Shown here one piece after another: positions 19,437-28,386 of a stretch of 64,000 nucleotides of DNA. Position numbers and translations under genes: made by a program. The stretch lies in NCBI GenBank assembly GCA_963782525.1, contig CAWAKC010000001.1, forward strand, positions 552,390 through 616,389, read 5' to 3'. Each line of letters opens with the position of its first letter. Position 1 is the stretch's first letter. This stretch comes from Candidatus Bathyarchaeota archaeon. GTDB taxonomy: Archaea; Thermoproteota; Bathyarchaeia; Bathyarchaeales; Bathycorpusculaceae. The notes beneath the pieces were generated by a model. It was given only the letters and a program-made list of their open reading frames with translations. It searched no databases and was not told where the DNA came from.

Positions 19437-20183
19437 ATGGCTGCTGTGGCTCAGGAAATCAGGTGCTCACATTGCGGTGCCCCAGTCGAGTTCAAGCCAG
19501 GCGAACTATTCGCCACCTGCAAGTACTGCGGCTTCACAACCGTAATCGAAACAGGACAAGCCTTCACTTTTGACCATTCACTCCTCCTAAACAACTACTC
19601 TGAAGCACAAATCGAAGATTTAGCGCGTGATTGGATGCGCTCCGGCTTCATGAAGCCGGGCGATTTAGCAAAAAAAGCGAAGCTATCCGAGAAAAACCTC
19701 GTTTATTTGCCGTTTTGGATTGTTTCAGCTAATGCTACAACCAAGTACAAAGGGATCTTCGAACGCATCTCCCCAGCGATTGTTAAGGAAGGACAAATCC
19801 AAAAAGAATACAACTGGCTCGTTTTAGCAAGAGAAGCCTCAGGCTTTCCAACCCGTGAATACGGTGTTCCTTTAACGGGCAAGATTCCCTACGATTTCAG
19901 AAAAATTGAGGGTTTTGCCAAATTACTCAACAGCGAAATGACTCGTGAAGAAGCTTTAGAGATTGCTAAGCAACAGATAGAAGCACTGCACCGTTTTCTG
20001 CTTAAGCAGGACATAGATAAAATCGTTGAAGCTACCACAACAATCAACCTAAAACAGATGGTTTACTTGCATGCACCTGCATGGTTCATAAAATACGAGT
20101 ACAAGAACGCCAACTACCAAATGATTGTGGATGGAGCAACGGGTATGATTTTGAAGGGCGATATACCCTCTTCCAAGTTCTAA
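19437..20183 (+). CDS. Zinc-ribbon protein, YdjG-like
   Basis: CSHCGA...CKYCG N-terminus, VYLPFW, C-terminal VDGATG. Confidence 0.7.
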   Translation: MAAVAQEIRCSHCGAPVEFKPGELFATCKYCGFTTVIETGQAFTFDHSLLLNNYSEAQIEDLARDWMRSGFMKPGDLAKKAKLSEKNLVYLPFWIVSANATTKYKGIFERISPAIVKEGQIQKEYNWLVLAREASGFPTREYGVPLTGKIPYDFRKIEGFAKLLNSEMTREEALEIAKQQIEALHRFLLKQDIDKIVEATTTINLKQMVYLHAPAWFIKYEYKNANYQMIVDGATGMILKGDIPSSKF

Positions 20184-20252
20184 ACTGCTTTAATAAACTT
20201 TAAAAGCAACCCCTTTTTTATAACGAGATGCAAATATTGGAGGATTTAGTAA

Positions 20253-20792
20253 ATGAGCGAAAATAACGATGTATATGCCCAAGCAAAAAGTCAGATGCGG
20301 CTTTCAGAACGCATAGCTGCGGCACTTCCAGGGTTCCGAGGATATAAAGAGAAGGAACTTCGCCGCGAATCAGACAAACTGATTAGGAATAACTTAACTC
20401 TTAAACTCTCCAAAGATAAGGATAACGTCCGAAGCATCGCCCAGCGAATAGCTGATAAACGTTATCTGGATGTTTTACCAGACATTGATAGGTTAACTGC
20501 AAAGATGGATCGCATAACTGAAAAAGTTAATCATGCATCGTACGGTTACGCTGGCTTCTATGATCTTGTCAAAATCAAGGAAGAAAACCTTGACAAAATG
20601 ATAACCTTCGACAACCAACTCCTCGATGAAGTTGACGCCTTAACCGCCAGCATCGAAGACCTAAAAACACAGCTGCTAAGCGGAAACTATTCAAACCTTA
20701 AAGACAAAATCCAGACTATCGCAGACAAGTTTGAGTTGCTCGAAGATACGTTCGATAAACGTGAACAAGTAATTTTAGGAGTGACAGCTTAA
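20253..20792 (+). CDS. Helical/coiled-coil conserved hypothetical protein
   Basis: LPGFRGYKEKELRRESDKLIR and ASYGYAGFYD motifs; overlaps the SPFH start. Confidence 0.75.
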   Translation: MSENNDVYAQAKSQMRLSERIAAALPGFRGYKEKELRRESDKLIRNNLTLKLSKDKDNVRSIAQRIADKRYLDVLPDIDRLTAKMDRITEKVNHASYGYAGFYDLVKIKEENLDKMITFDNQLLDEVDALTASIEDLKTQLLSGNYSNLKDKIQTIADKFELLEDTFDKREQVILGVTA

Positions 20793-21772
20793 TGCCGCAA
20801 GTAATTGAATGGACAAACGCGGGTGCAGACGCCATTGTTTGGCGTTATCCAAGCGAAGACATCACTTGGGGAGCCCAATTAATCGTACACGAATATGAAA
20901 TGGCAGTGTTTTTCCGAGATGGCAAAGCATACGACGTCTTTGGACCCGGCAGGCACACCTTAACCACCCTAAACCTACCCATCCTGACAAGCCTTCTCAC
21001 TCGGATAGCTGGTTTCGGCGGCAACAAACCTTTCAAAGCAACCGTCCTATACATCAGCACCAAAATCTTTGCTGGTAAATGGGGCACCAAAGCACAAACG
21101 ACCGAACTTGCACCATTGCAGACTTACGGGCAATTCTGGTTCAAAGTCGGCGATGCCTCACTCTTCGTCAATGAAGTCGTCGGTGGACAAAACGCTTATG
21201 ACACAAACGCCGTCAACGATTTCTTGCGGGGCTTCTTAAACGAGAAAATAATCGATGAACTCAGCCACTACGACCTCATTACCGTGTTCACACGCTTAGA
21301 CGAAACCTCCGTCATAGTCAAAAACTCCCTAATCGACTACTTCAAACGCGTCGGTATCGAACTAACCGACCTCAGATTCGAAGGCATCGACACCACACCC
21401 GAATACCGAGAGCGACTATTCTGGCTCAAAACCGGCCAAACCGCACCTGGAGACGTACTACGCATGGAAACCGTAAAGAGCGCAGCAGCAAGCCTTGGTC
21501 AAGGAGGTGGCTCAGGAGCCCTCGGCGCAGGCATGGTACTTATCCCACAAATCATGAGCCAACAAGGAACCCCACAGGCAGCACCCGCAGCGGCACTCGT
21601 TATCTGTCCCAAATGCGGAGAAAAAGTTCCAGCGACAAGCAAATTCTGCCCAAACTGCGGAACCAACCTAACTCCACCCTCAGAAAACGCGATGAAGTGC
21701 CCTAACTGCGGCAAATCCATACCTGCCAACAGCAAATTCTGTCCAGAGTGCGGATTCAAAATCGGCAGTTAA
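20792..21772 (+). CDS. SPFH (Band-7, YdjI-like) protein with double zinc ribbon
   Basis: IVWRYP...GAQLIVHEYEMAVFFRDG...FGPGRHTL; four CxxC pairs at the C-terminus. Confidence 0.88.
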   Translation: MPQVIEWTNAGADAIVWRYPSEDITWGAQLIVHEYEMAVFFRDGKAYDVFGPGRHTLTTLNLPILTSLLTRIAGFGGNKPFKATVLYISTKIFAGKWGTKAQTTELAPLQTYGQFWFKVGDASLFVNEVVGGQNAYDTNAVNDFLRGFLNEKIIDELSHYDLITVFTRLDETSVIVKNSLIDYFKRVGIELTDLRFEGIDTTPEYRERLFWLKTGQTAPGDVLRMETVKSAAASLGQGGGSGALGAGMVLIPQIMSQQGTPQAAPAAALVICPKCGEKVPATSKFCPNCGTNLTPPSENAMKCPNCGKSIPANSKFCPECGFKIGS

Positions 21773-21784
21773 GAGGAACCAGAA

Positions 21785-22123
21785 ATGAGTAGTAGCGACC
21801 GTCAACTGTTAAGCTTCGGCGTATTCCTCATCATTATAGTGGTAGGAATACTGCTGGCTGTTGCAGGAGTTATCGGCTGGGGCTTGTTTGTACCCATAGT
21901 CGCGGTGCTTTCAGGCTGCTGGATAATAGCTTTAGCTGGAATGCAAGCAGGTAAACAGCAGAAGTATGGGCGTGGAACATTCAGCACAATGGCATCTGGC
22001 GCCGGACTCATCGCCCTCGGCGTGGCATGGTACCTGTTCAGCATTAACTGGATCTACTCGCTCATTATAATCCTGCTGGCAATTGCCGCTTTAGCGATTG
22101 CAACCGCACTAAGACGCAAATAA
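21785..22123 (+). CDS. Small 4-TM membrane protein
   Basis: Hydrophobic 112-aa ORF 12 bp after the SPFH gene. Confidence 0.75.
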   Translation: MSSSDRQLLSFGVFLIIIVVGILLAVAGVIGWGLFVPIVAVLSGCWIIALAGMQAGKQQKYGRGTFSTMASGAGLIALGVAWYLFSINWIYSLIIILLAIAALAIATALRRK

Positions 22124-22196
22124 ACCGTTGAGCCTTTTTTGGCTCTAAACATTTTTCTATACCCTCGCACAGTCATGATGCAGAAGGCACGCTGGC

Positions 22197-23810
22197 ATGA
22201 GTGAAGAAACTATCGGTCACGGCACATGGTACGACATGATGGCTAAGAAAGTCATCGAAAGAGAACAATCCCTAAACCGAGACATGAGCAGAGTCCGTAC
22301 AGAGATGGGTCTTGGCGCCTCAGGTTTTCCGCACATAGGCAGTTTAGGCGACGCATCCCGCAGCTACGCCGTAACTTTAGCGCTCAAGAACCTGAACTGC
22401 AATTCTGAACTCGTTGCCTTCTGCGACGACAAAGACGGCTTACGCAAAGTTCCAGCAGGACTACCAGCAGACATGTCACAAAGCTTGGAGAAATACCTTG
22501 GGTACTCCGTCTCAAGCATCCCTGACCCGTTCGGCTGCCATGAAAGCTACGGCAAACACATGAGCTCACTACTGCTGGATGCTCTCGACAAATGTGGCAT
22601 CGAATACAAGTACTATTCAGCCCAGCAAGTCTACAAACAAGGCTTACTCCTCGATGAGATACGCACCATTCTAACCAACGCCAAAATAGTCGGCGAAATC
22701 GTCAAAGAAGAAGTAGGACAAGAAACCTACACCGAAGTTCTGCCGTTCTTCGCGGTCTGTGAAAAGTGTGGTCACCTCTACACAACCCGAGCCTACAAGT
22801 TTGACCCAAAAACCGACAAGGTCTCCTACAAATGTGAAGGGCTTGAAATCCGAGGAAAATTAATCGCAGGTTGCGGCCACGAAGGCGAAGTGAACATAAA
22901 GAGCGGCGAAGGCAAACTTACTTGGAAGAGCGAATTTGCCGCCCGATGGAAGGCGTTGGACATTCGCTTTGAAGCTTACGGCAAAGACATTGCCGACTCC
23001 GTGCGCATAAACGATCGCATCTGCCGCGAAGTCCTCTGCTTCGAGCCACCTTCCCATGCCAAATACGAGATGTTTCTGGATAAGGGTGGAAAGAAAATCT
23101 CCAAGTCAGCCGGCAACGTGTTCACGCCACAAGTTTGGTTCAATTATGGGTCGCCTCAATCGATGCTTTTGCTTATGCTCAAGCGGTTTGTGGGCACACG
23201 AACTTTAGATGTCTCTGATATTCCAGCATACATGAACGAAATCGACAACCTCGAAGATGTGTACTTCGGCAAAAAACAAGTCAACGAAAAAGAAGCTGCC
23301 AAACTCAAAGGCTTATACCTGTACTGCTTCGTCATGAAGCCGCCAGCTAAACCCAGCATACACGTTCCATACAACCTCATGGCATTCCTAGTCAAGATGG
23401 CACCCAAAGAATGCATAAACGACTACGTCGCAGAGAAACTGCAGAGCTACGGTTACCTCCAGAAAAACCAAGCCCTCGACGCTGGTTTGCTAATGCGCAT
23501 GGAATACGCTTTGAATTGGACACGGGATTTTGAAGAAATCAAAGAAACTGAAGTTGACCTAACTGCTGAAGAAAAGAAAGCCCTCACTGAACTCGTCACC
23601 AAACTTCAAACAGAAGATGACCCAGACAAAATCCAAAACGCCATCTTCAACAGCGCCAAAGACAACGGCCTAAAACCAGGCGCCTTCTTCAAAGTGCTCT
23701 ACCAGATATTGATGGGAGCACCGCAGGGTCCACGCCTAGGCCCATACGTGCTTGCCATGGGCAAACAAAACGTCATCTCAGCGTTGCAGAGAGTGCTGAG
23801 CAAAAGCTAA
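22197..23810 (+). CDS. lysS: Class I lysyl-tRNA synthetase
   Basis: ASGFPHIGS (HIGH-like), KISKSAGN (KMSKS-like), QGPRLG. Confidence 0.95.
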   Translation: MSEETIGHGTWYDMMAKKVIEREQSLNRDMSRVRTEMGLGASGFPHIGSLGDASRSYAVTLALKNLNCNSELVAFCDDKDGLRKVPAGLPADMSQSLEKYLGYSVSSIPDPFGCHESYGKHMSSLLLDALDKCGIEYKYYSAQQVYKQGLLLDEIRTILTNAKIVGEIVKEEVGQETYTEVLPFFAVCEKCGHLYTTRAYKFDPKTDKVSYKCEGLEIRGKLIAGCGHEGEVNIKSGEGKLTWKSEFAARWKALDIRFEAYGKDIADSVRINDRICREVLCFEPPSHAKYEMFLDKGGKKISKSAGNVFTPQVWFNYGSPQSMLLLMLKRFVGTRTLDVSDIPAYMNEIDNLEDVYFGKKQVNEKEAAKLKGLYLYCFVMKPPAKPSIHVPYNLMAFLVKMAPKECINDYVAEKLQSYGYLQKNQALDAGLLMRMEYALNWTRDFEEIKETEVDLTAEEKKALTELVTKLQTEDDPDKIQNAIFNSAKDNGLKPGAFFKVLYQILMGAPQGPRLGPYVLAMGKQNVISALQRVLSKS

Positions 23811-23843
23811 CTTTATTAATTTTTTTTTAACATTCTTTTTTGA

Positions 23844-23944
23844 TTAGCCATCGTTAAGCGATTGGCAAAGGCGCAGGCGGCACGATATCGTTTAAGACCA
23901 AAGTTGACAAAGGAACACAATTCAAACTAATTTTTCCAAAATAA
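23844..23944 (+). pseudogene. C-terminal remnant of a histidine-kinase HATPase_c domain
   Basis: LAIVKRLAKAQ then, after a 1-nt shift, GGTISFKTKVDKGTQFKLIFPK*; preceded by TGA where Gly is expected. Confidence 0.6.
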
Positions 23945-24018
23945 CAAACCACTATTTTTAAGTTTAAGCAAGGTATTTACTATTCTGCCCTTTCAATTTC
24001 TTGGGACAAACAATAGTT

Positions 24019-24097
24019 GGGCTCGTCGTCTAGTACGGATTAGGGCACCGGCCTGCGGAGCCGGACGTCAGGGGTTCAAATCCCCTCGGGCCCGCCA
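24019..24097 (+). tRNA. tRNA-Arg(GCG), encoded CCA
   Basis: GGGCTCG...CCGGC-CT-GCG-GA-GCCGG...AGGGG-TTCAAAT-CCCCT-CGGGCCC-G-CCA. Confidence 0.95.
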
Positions 24098-24193
24098 CGC
24101 TCCAAACGAGTTTATCCTGCAAAACAACAACTCCTTTATTTTTTGTTTTTTATTCGAAGCAAGGCTGAAATAGTCAGCTGAAAAATGCGCTCT

Positions 24194-24430
24194 TGCACAA
24201 ATATGTTATTCTTCTTTCGAAGACTGTTTACTTTGCAGCTTTCTAACTAAGAGAAGAAGACAGCAATGGTGCACAGCATTGTCTTCTTCTTTCAACTTAA
24301 CTGTAGACTTAAGAGAAGAACAACAACACAGCACTGCCATCGTGTTGTTGTTCTATCGATAAAAGAAAGCAACCTCAACCTGTAAACTGAAAGAAGAAGA
24401 AGCGCAAATTTTCCAATCTTCTTCTTATTT
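24194..24430. repeat. Degenerate tandem array of about 70-bp units, each forming an AGAAGAA.../...TTCTTCT-type hairpin
   Basis: Inverted arms at 24252-24290, 24317-24354 (13-bp perfect) and 24391-24426 (10-bp perfect); shared ACT-AA-AGAAGAA lead-in; partial unit near 24194-24218. Confidence 0.6.
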
Positions 24431-24462
24431 TAAGTTGAGTCTGGACAATTTCCTATGCGATT

Positions 24463-24491
24463 CCTGGGTTCAAGTCCCATCGGACCAGCCA
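24463..24491 (+). repeat. Degenerate tRNA 3'-end copy (att-like scar)
   Basis: CCTGGGTTCAAGTCCCATCGGACCAGCCA: T-arm plus acceptor-like end resembling both tRNA-Arg 3' ends in this window. Confidence 0.6.
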
Positions 24492-24840
24492 TTGCTTTAA
24501 CACTTAGACCTTGATTCGCGGTTGGACTGTTGCTACTAATAAAGTCGCTAACATGTTTGCACACTCACATCCACACTACTCTGCATACGTTCCATGTTGA
24601 ACTGTGTGGAACAATCCGTCTCCCCACACTCAAAATACAACAGGAAAACAACCTAAACTAAGAAAACAAACGTTTCCAAAGCCACAAGTGTGGTGTGGAA
24701 TTTTAGGGCACCACACCCACACAAAGAGAAAAAAGAACAATGGGCTAAAAAATAAACGCTCCAATGGCGTTAAGTAGGTGCCCCTAAGACTGACCGTAGA
24801 CCAGCCGCTAACAATAGAGGCAATAGCCAAAGTGCAATTA

Positions 24841-27225
24841 TTAGCTCAGCTTTGGTTGGTCTTTTGGTTTCTGTTGGCTTTGGATTTTGTTGGCTACCCA
24901 GTAGAGAAGGTTGCTTATTGCTATGGCGAATGCTGGAAGCGCTGGTAGGATGTACCAGTAGAGTTTGGTTTGGGCAAAAGTGAATACTCCAAGCACCACG
25001 GCTATCCAGACGAGGATTAATGTGTCTGTTTTATGGCGTTTAATGACAGAATTGAAGGCACAAAGCCCAACCGCAAAGGGGAGCAGCAGCACCCAAAGCA
25101 GGTTTTCATTGGTCGCTAAATAGTTGAAGTAGAAGAGGTATCCTCCGGCGTGCCCTTCAAGAGGAGTAACGGTTCGCTGGAAACTAGAGTAAACGAAATA
25201 ACAGTTCCAGAAGTCGCGGTAGGTAAAATTCATGTATACAACGTAGGGGGCAAACAAGAGCAGTGCAACACCCAAAAAAAGAGCAAGCTTCTTCGTGAAC
25301 AGAAATCTGAAACTTTTCTTTGACAGAACCAAGTAAGCTATAACGATTAGTGGAATCAGTAGCGCTTCAACTTGCTTAGTTAACAGCGCCAACCCAAAGA
25401 ATAATCCACTCAAAATTGCGTTTCTATTCTTATTTTTTGTTTCATCACTCAAAAGCAAAAAGAAAACACTAGCTAATATGAAAAAGAGCATTGGACCATC
25501 AGTCATAGCGTGTGTTGCAAACGCAAAAAAAGTAACAAATGTACCCAAAACGACAACGGACAAAAACCCGACAGAAGCGTTATAGAGTTTCTTACCTAAA
25601 TAGAAAACAGTCACCAAAGACAGAACACCGAACAAAACACTCCAAATCCGCGAAGCAAAATTGTTCACACCAAAGGCTTGGTAAGCAAGTGACATAAGCC
25701 ACATGAGTAAAGGTGGCTTTCCAGCCCAAATCGCTGGCTCACCATACGAATAAGGAGTAAGGTAGTCTCCGCTTTTAGTCATGTGATAAGCCATTTGAGA
25801 ATAAGTTTTTTCATCCGCAGCCCACAAAGGACCCGATCCCAAACTAACAAAGAACGCAACCGTAAAAGCCAAGATCGCTAAAGTGCACAGCAGGTTGATA
25901 TGGGTTAAGAACCATGGCTGTTTCTTGCTGGAAATGCCGATATCTTGGGGTTGCTCTTTGTTGCGCATTTTTGAGTAAGTGAACCGACCAACAATGAGGA
26001 TAATTGCGATGCCTATGACACATGCCATGTCATCGAAAAGAAAGGTATGCCATGATGTAACCGTGAGGCTCGTAGATGGTATGTTAGTTAACGATTCATC
26101 AGTTGAATTGTACAAGGTCAAAGCATACAGGTGATAGTCATGGGAACCAACGTATAGAGTATCATTAACGATAGTTGGGGATGAATCCACCATATTGCGA
26201 GTTGGATAAGCCCCTTTGATTTCTCCATTAAAAGCATTTAGACAATAAAGGTTGTAGTCCTCTGAACCCACGTACAAATTGCCGTTTGCAACGGCAGGAG
26301 ACGACATAACCCAGTACCCGGTTGGCGTCTGCCAAAGTTTCTCACCGCTTGAAGCATTAAAGCAGTAGATGCTGTTATCTTCCGAGCCAATGTAAATGCA
26401 CCCGTAAGCGGCGGCTGCCGAAGAAACTATGGAATTCTGTGTTTGATATTTCCAAATCTCCTGACCCGTGGAAGCGTTCAATGCAATTACGTATCCATCG
26501 TATGAACCAATGTAGATGCAACCGTTGTAGATACAAGGCGAGCTTAGGTCACTTCCTGTATGATGACTCCAAATTTCCTGACCCGTTGACATGTTTAGGG
26601 CATAAACTAAGAAGTCATCGCAGGCAAAGTAAACCACTCCGTCTGCGATGGCGGGCGAAGATTCTACTCCCTGCTGAGTTGGAAATGTCCAAATTGAATC
26701 GCCGTTCGAGGCATTCAGGCAGAAAAGGTCATGGTCTCTTGAACCAATGTATACTCGCCCGTCCACAATGGCAGGGCATGAACGTACCACACCGCCTATT
26801 TGTGATATCCAAGCGGGTTTGCCAGTGGAAATGTTTATTGCATAAACGGAGCCATCATCGCATCCTACAATGGCAACGCCGTTATCGATGGCTGGCGAAG
26901 AATCAACTTCGTTTCCAACGGGATATTTCCAAACCAAGCTTCCGGTTGAGGCGTTTAGGCAGTAGATGTTGCAGTCTTTGCAGCCCACTACAACTAGGCC
27001 GTCTGCTACTGCTGGAGAAGACCAAACAGCAGCGTTCGTACTGTAATTCCACAACTGCTTAACCGCATTTGTTGAATCACCACCTGTCGTGTAACCGTTT
27101 CGGCTCGGGTCATTGCGAAAAGTTGTCCATTCACCAGTGTTTCCGCCCATGACTGCTGAAAAAGAGCTGGACAAAGCCAAGATGATGGAAATGAGGATGA
27201 TAAGCAGCCATTTTTGTTTTTTCAT
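24841..27225 (-). CDS. Fusion of PQQ-like (BamB-type) beta-propeller repeats and an ArnT/PMT-type GT-C glycosyltransferase
   Basis: Signal peptide; about 8 SSPAV..G.VY.GS.D..LY.LNA.TG..W repeats; then DEKTY...GDYLTP...KPPLLMWL and many TM helices. Confidence 0.85.
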   Translation of the reverse strand: MKKQKWLLIILISIILALSSSFSAVMGGNTGEWTTFRNDPSRNGYTTGGDSTNAVKQLWNYSTNAAVWSSPAVADGLVVVGCKDCNIYCLNASTGSLVWKYPVGNEVDSSPAIDNGVAIVGCDDGSVYAINISTGKPAWISQIGGVVRSCPAIVDGRVYIGSRDHDLFCLNASNGDSIWTFPTQQGVESSPAIADGVVYFACDDFLVYALNMSTGQEIWSHHTGSDLSSPCIYNGCIYIGSYDGYVIALNASTGQEIWKYQTQNSIVSSAAAAYGCIYIGSEDNSIYCFNASSGEKLWQTPTGYWVMSSPAVANGNLYVGSEDYNLYCLNAFNGEIKGAYPTRNMVDSSPTIVNDTLYVGSHDYHLYALTLYNSTDESLTNIPSTSLTVTSWHTFLFDDMACVIGIAIILIVGRFTYSKMRNKEQPQDIGISSKKQPWFLTHINLLCTLAILAFTVAFFVSLGSGPLWAADEKTYSQMAYHMTKSGDYLTPYSYGEPAIWAGKPPLLMWLMSLAYQAFGVNNFASRIWSVLFGVLSLVTVFYLGKKLYNASVGFLSVVVLGTFVTFFAFATHAMTDGPMLFFILASVFFLLLSDETKNKNRNAILSGLFFGLALLTKQVEALLIPLIVIAYLVLSKKSFRFLFTKKLALFLGVALLLFAPYVVYMNFTYRDFWNCYFVYSSFQRTVTPLEGHAGGYLFYFNYLATNENLLWVLLLPFAVGLCAFNSVIKRHKTDTLILVWIAVVLGVFTFAQTKLYWYILPALPAFAIAISNLLYWVANKIQSQQKPKDQPKLS

Positions 27226-27324
27226 ATCCACCCTTACAAGCATTGACCTGTAAAGATATGATATATTAAACTATTGAAAAGCGATGTGAAAAATAGAAAT
27301 AGGAAAATTTTGGTGGGTCGCTTG

Positions 27325-27993
27325 TTAATCTCGGCTTGATAGCACAATGATGTAGTCTGCTGTGTCGGCGCACATGTCAGCTGCTTGCTCGATGAACTCG
27401 ATTAAATCGTCGAAGATAACCATGGCTCCACAGTTTATGCTTGCACCGTACTTTACGAAGAGACTCTTGGCTTTGAGATACTCAACGTCTATTGCATGTT
27501 CGATGTCGCCTACTTGTTTAGCTTCTTTAATGGCTTCTTGGGGGTTAGAAGAGATTTTCTCAATGGCGCTTCTAAGTGTTTGAGCCGTTTCCACCAACTT
27601 AGAAGTCATAAAAACCGTCTTCTGCGAAAGTTCCTGCGGAATCTCGACTTCACCCAGCATTTCAAGACACCTAGCCGCATCTTTAGTGTGGTCTGCCAGG
27701 GTATCTAGCCGTTTAACAAGATGTAAGAGGTCTTCGCGGTAATCAGAAACCAATGCTGCACCCTTGGATAGCTCCATGAAAGTGTCTGTTCTAAGCTGAT
27801 CAACTTCTTCTTCAGCTTTGTAGAGGTTCTCGACGTATTTTTTGGTGTCTTTAAAGTTCTTCTCTGAAAAGCTCCTGGTGGCTTTTTGCAGCCAGTTAAC
27901 TGTATCAAAAGCCTTCGTTATCTGTTCGTGAGCTAGTTCTAAACCTCTGGTTCTTCGGCGTTGCTCAAACCAATCGTAACTTTTTTTCTCCAT
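27325..27993 (-). CDS. DUF47/PhoU-like phosphate transport regulator family protein
   Basis: EEEVDQLR...REDLLHLVKRLDTLAD...EHAID...ADMCADTAD. Confidence 0.85.
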   Translation of the reverse strand: MEKKSYDWFEQRRRTRGLELAHEQITKAFDTVNWLQKATRSFSEKNFKDTKKYVENLYKAEEEVDQLRTDTFMELSKGAALVSDYREDLLHLVKRLDTLADHTKDAARCLEMLGEVEIPQELSQKTVFMTSKLVETAQTLRSAIEKISSNPQEAIKEAKQVGDIEHAIDVEYLKAKSLFVKYGASINCGAMVIFDDLIEFIEQAADMCADTADYIIVLSSRD

Positions 27994-28386
27994 CTACAAC
28001 CGCTCCCTTTAATAATCCACTAATTCTTTGTTGCAAATATAACCCTTCGCTTAATATGGCTTTCACTGTCCACTTTGGAATCCGTGCTTTCCTTGGCGCT
28101 CTTACTTTTTAGGTTAAGCAGGAATCAATAGCTAAAAGTCAATCTACAAGATCAGCGTTTTTAGCATTCGCATACTTTTTACCATCTATCTTTTGTTTCA
28201 ACATCTTCCCCTCAAACTGCCTTGACCTTAGATGTGAATGAAGTACCATGATGGTTCAGGTTTTGGCCGTTGCTTCTTTAATTTTCGACTTTGCATGGTA
28301 CAGCACGCTTGAAGATACTTGCCCTATTTTCCTATTTAGAATACTCGAAATAATCTATAGAGAGCCATTTAGTCTAAATAGACATT

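Noticed and set aside
24194-24430. CRISPR array interpretation of the repeat region
   Set aside because: Units are degenerate, the variable part lies inside the hairpin loop, spacing is irregular and no cas genes are in the window
26100-27060. Periodic repeats of about 120 bp
   Set aside because: Explained by the coding beta-propeller blades of the 24841-27225 gene
26439-27062. 207-aa plus-strand ORF
   Set aside because: Antisense to the propeller gene, with non-protein-like composition
27994-28386. About 390-bp intergenic gap with short ORFs and an 8-bp inverted repeat (GTACCATG/CATGGTAC)
   Set aside because: No convincing protein motif or RNA structure
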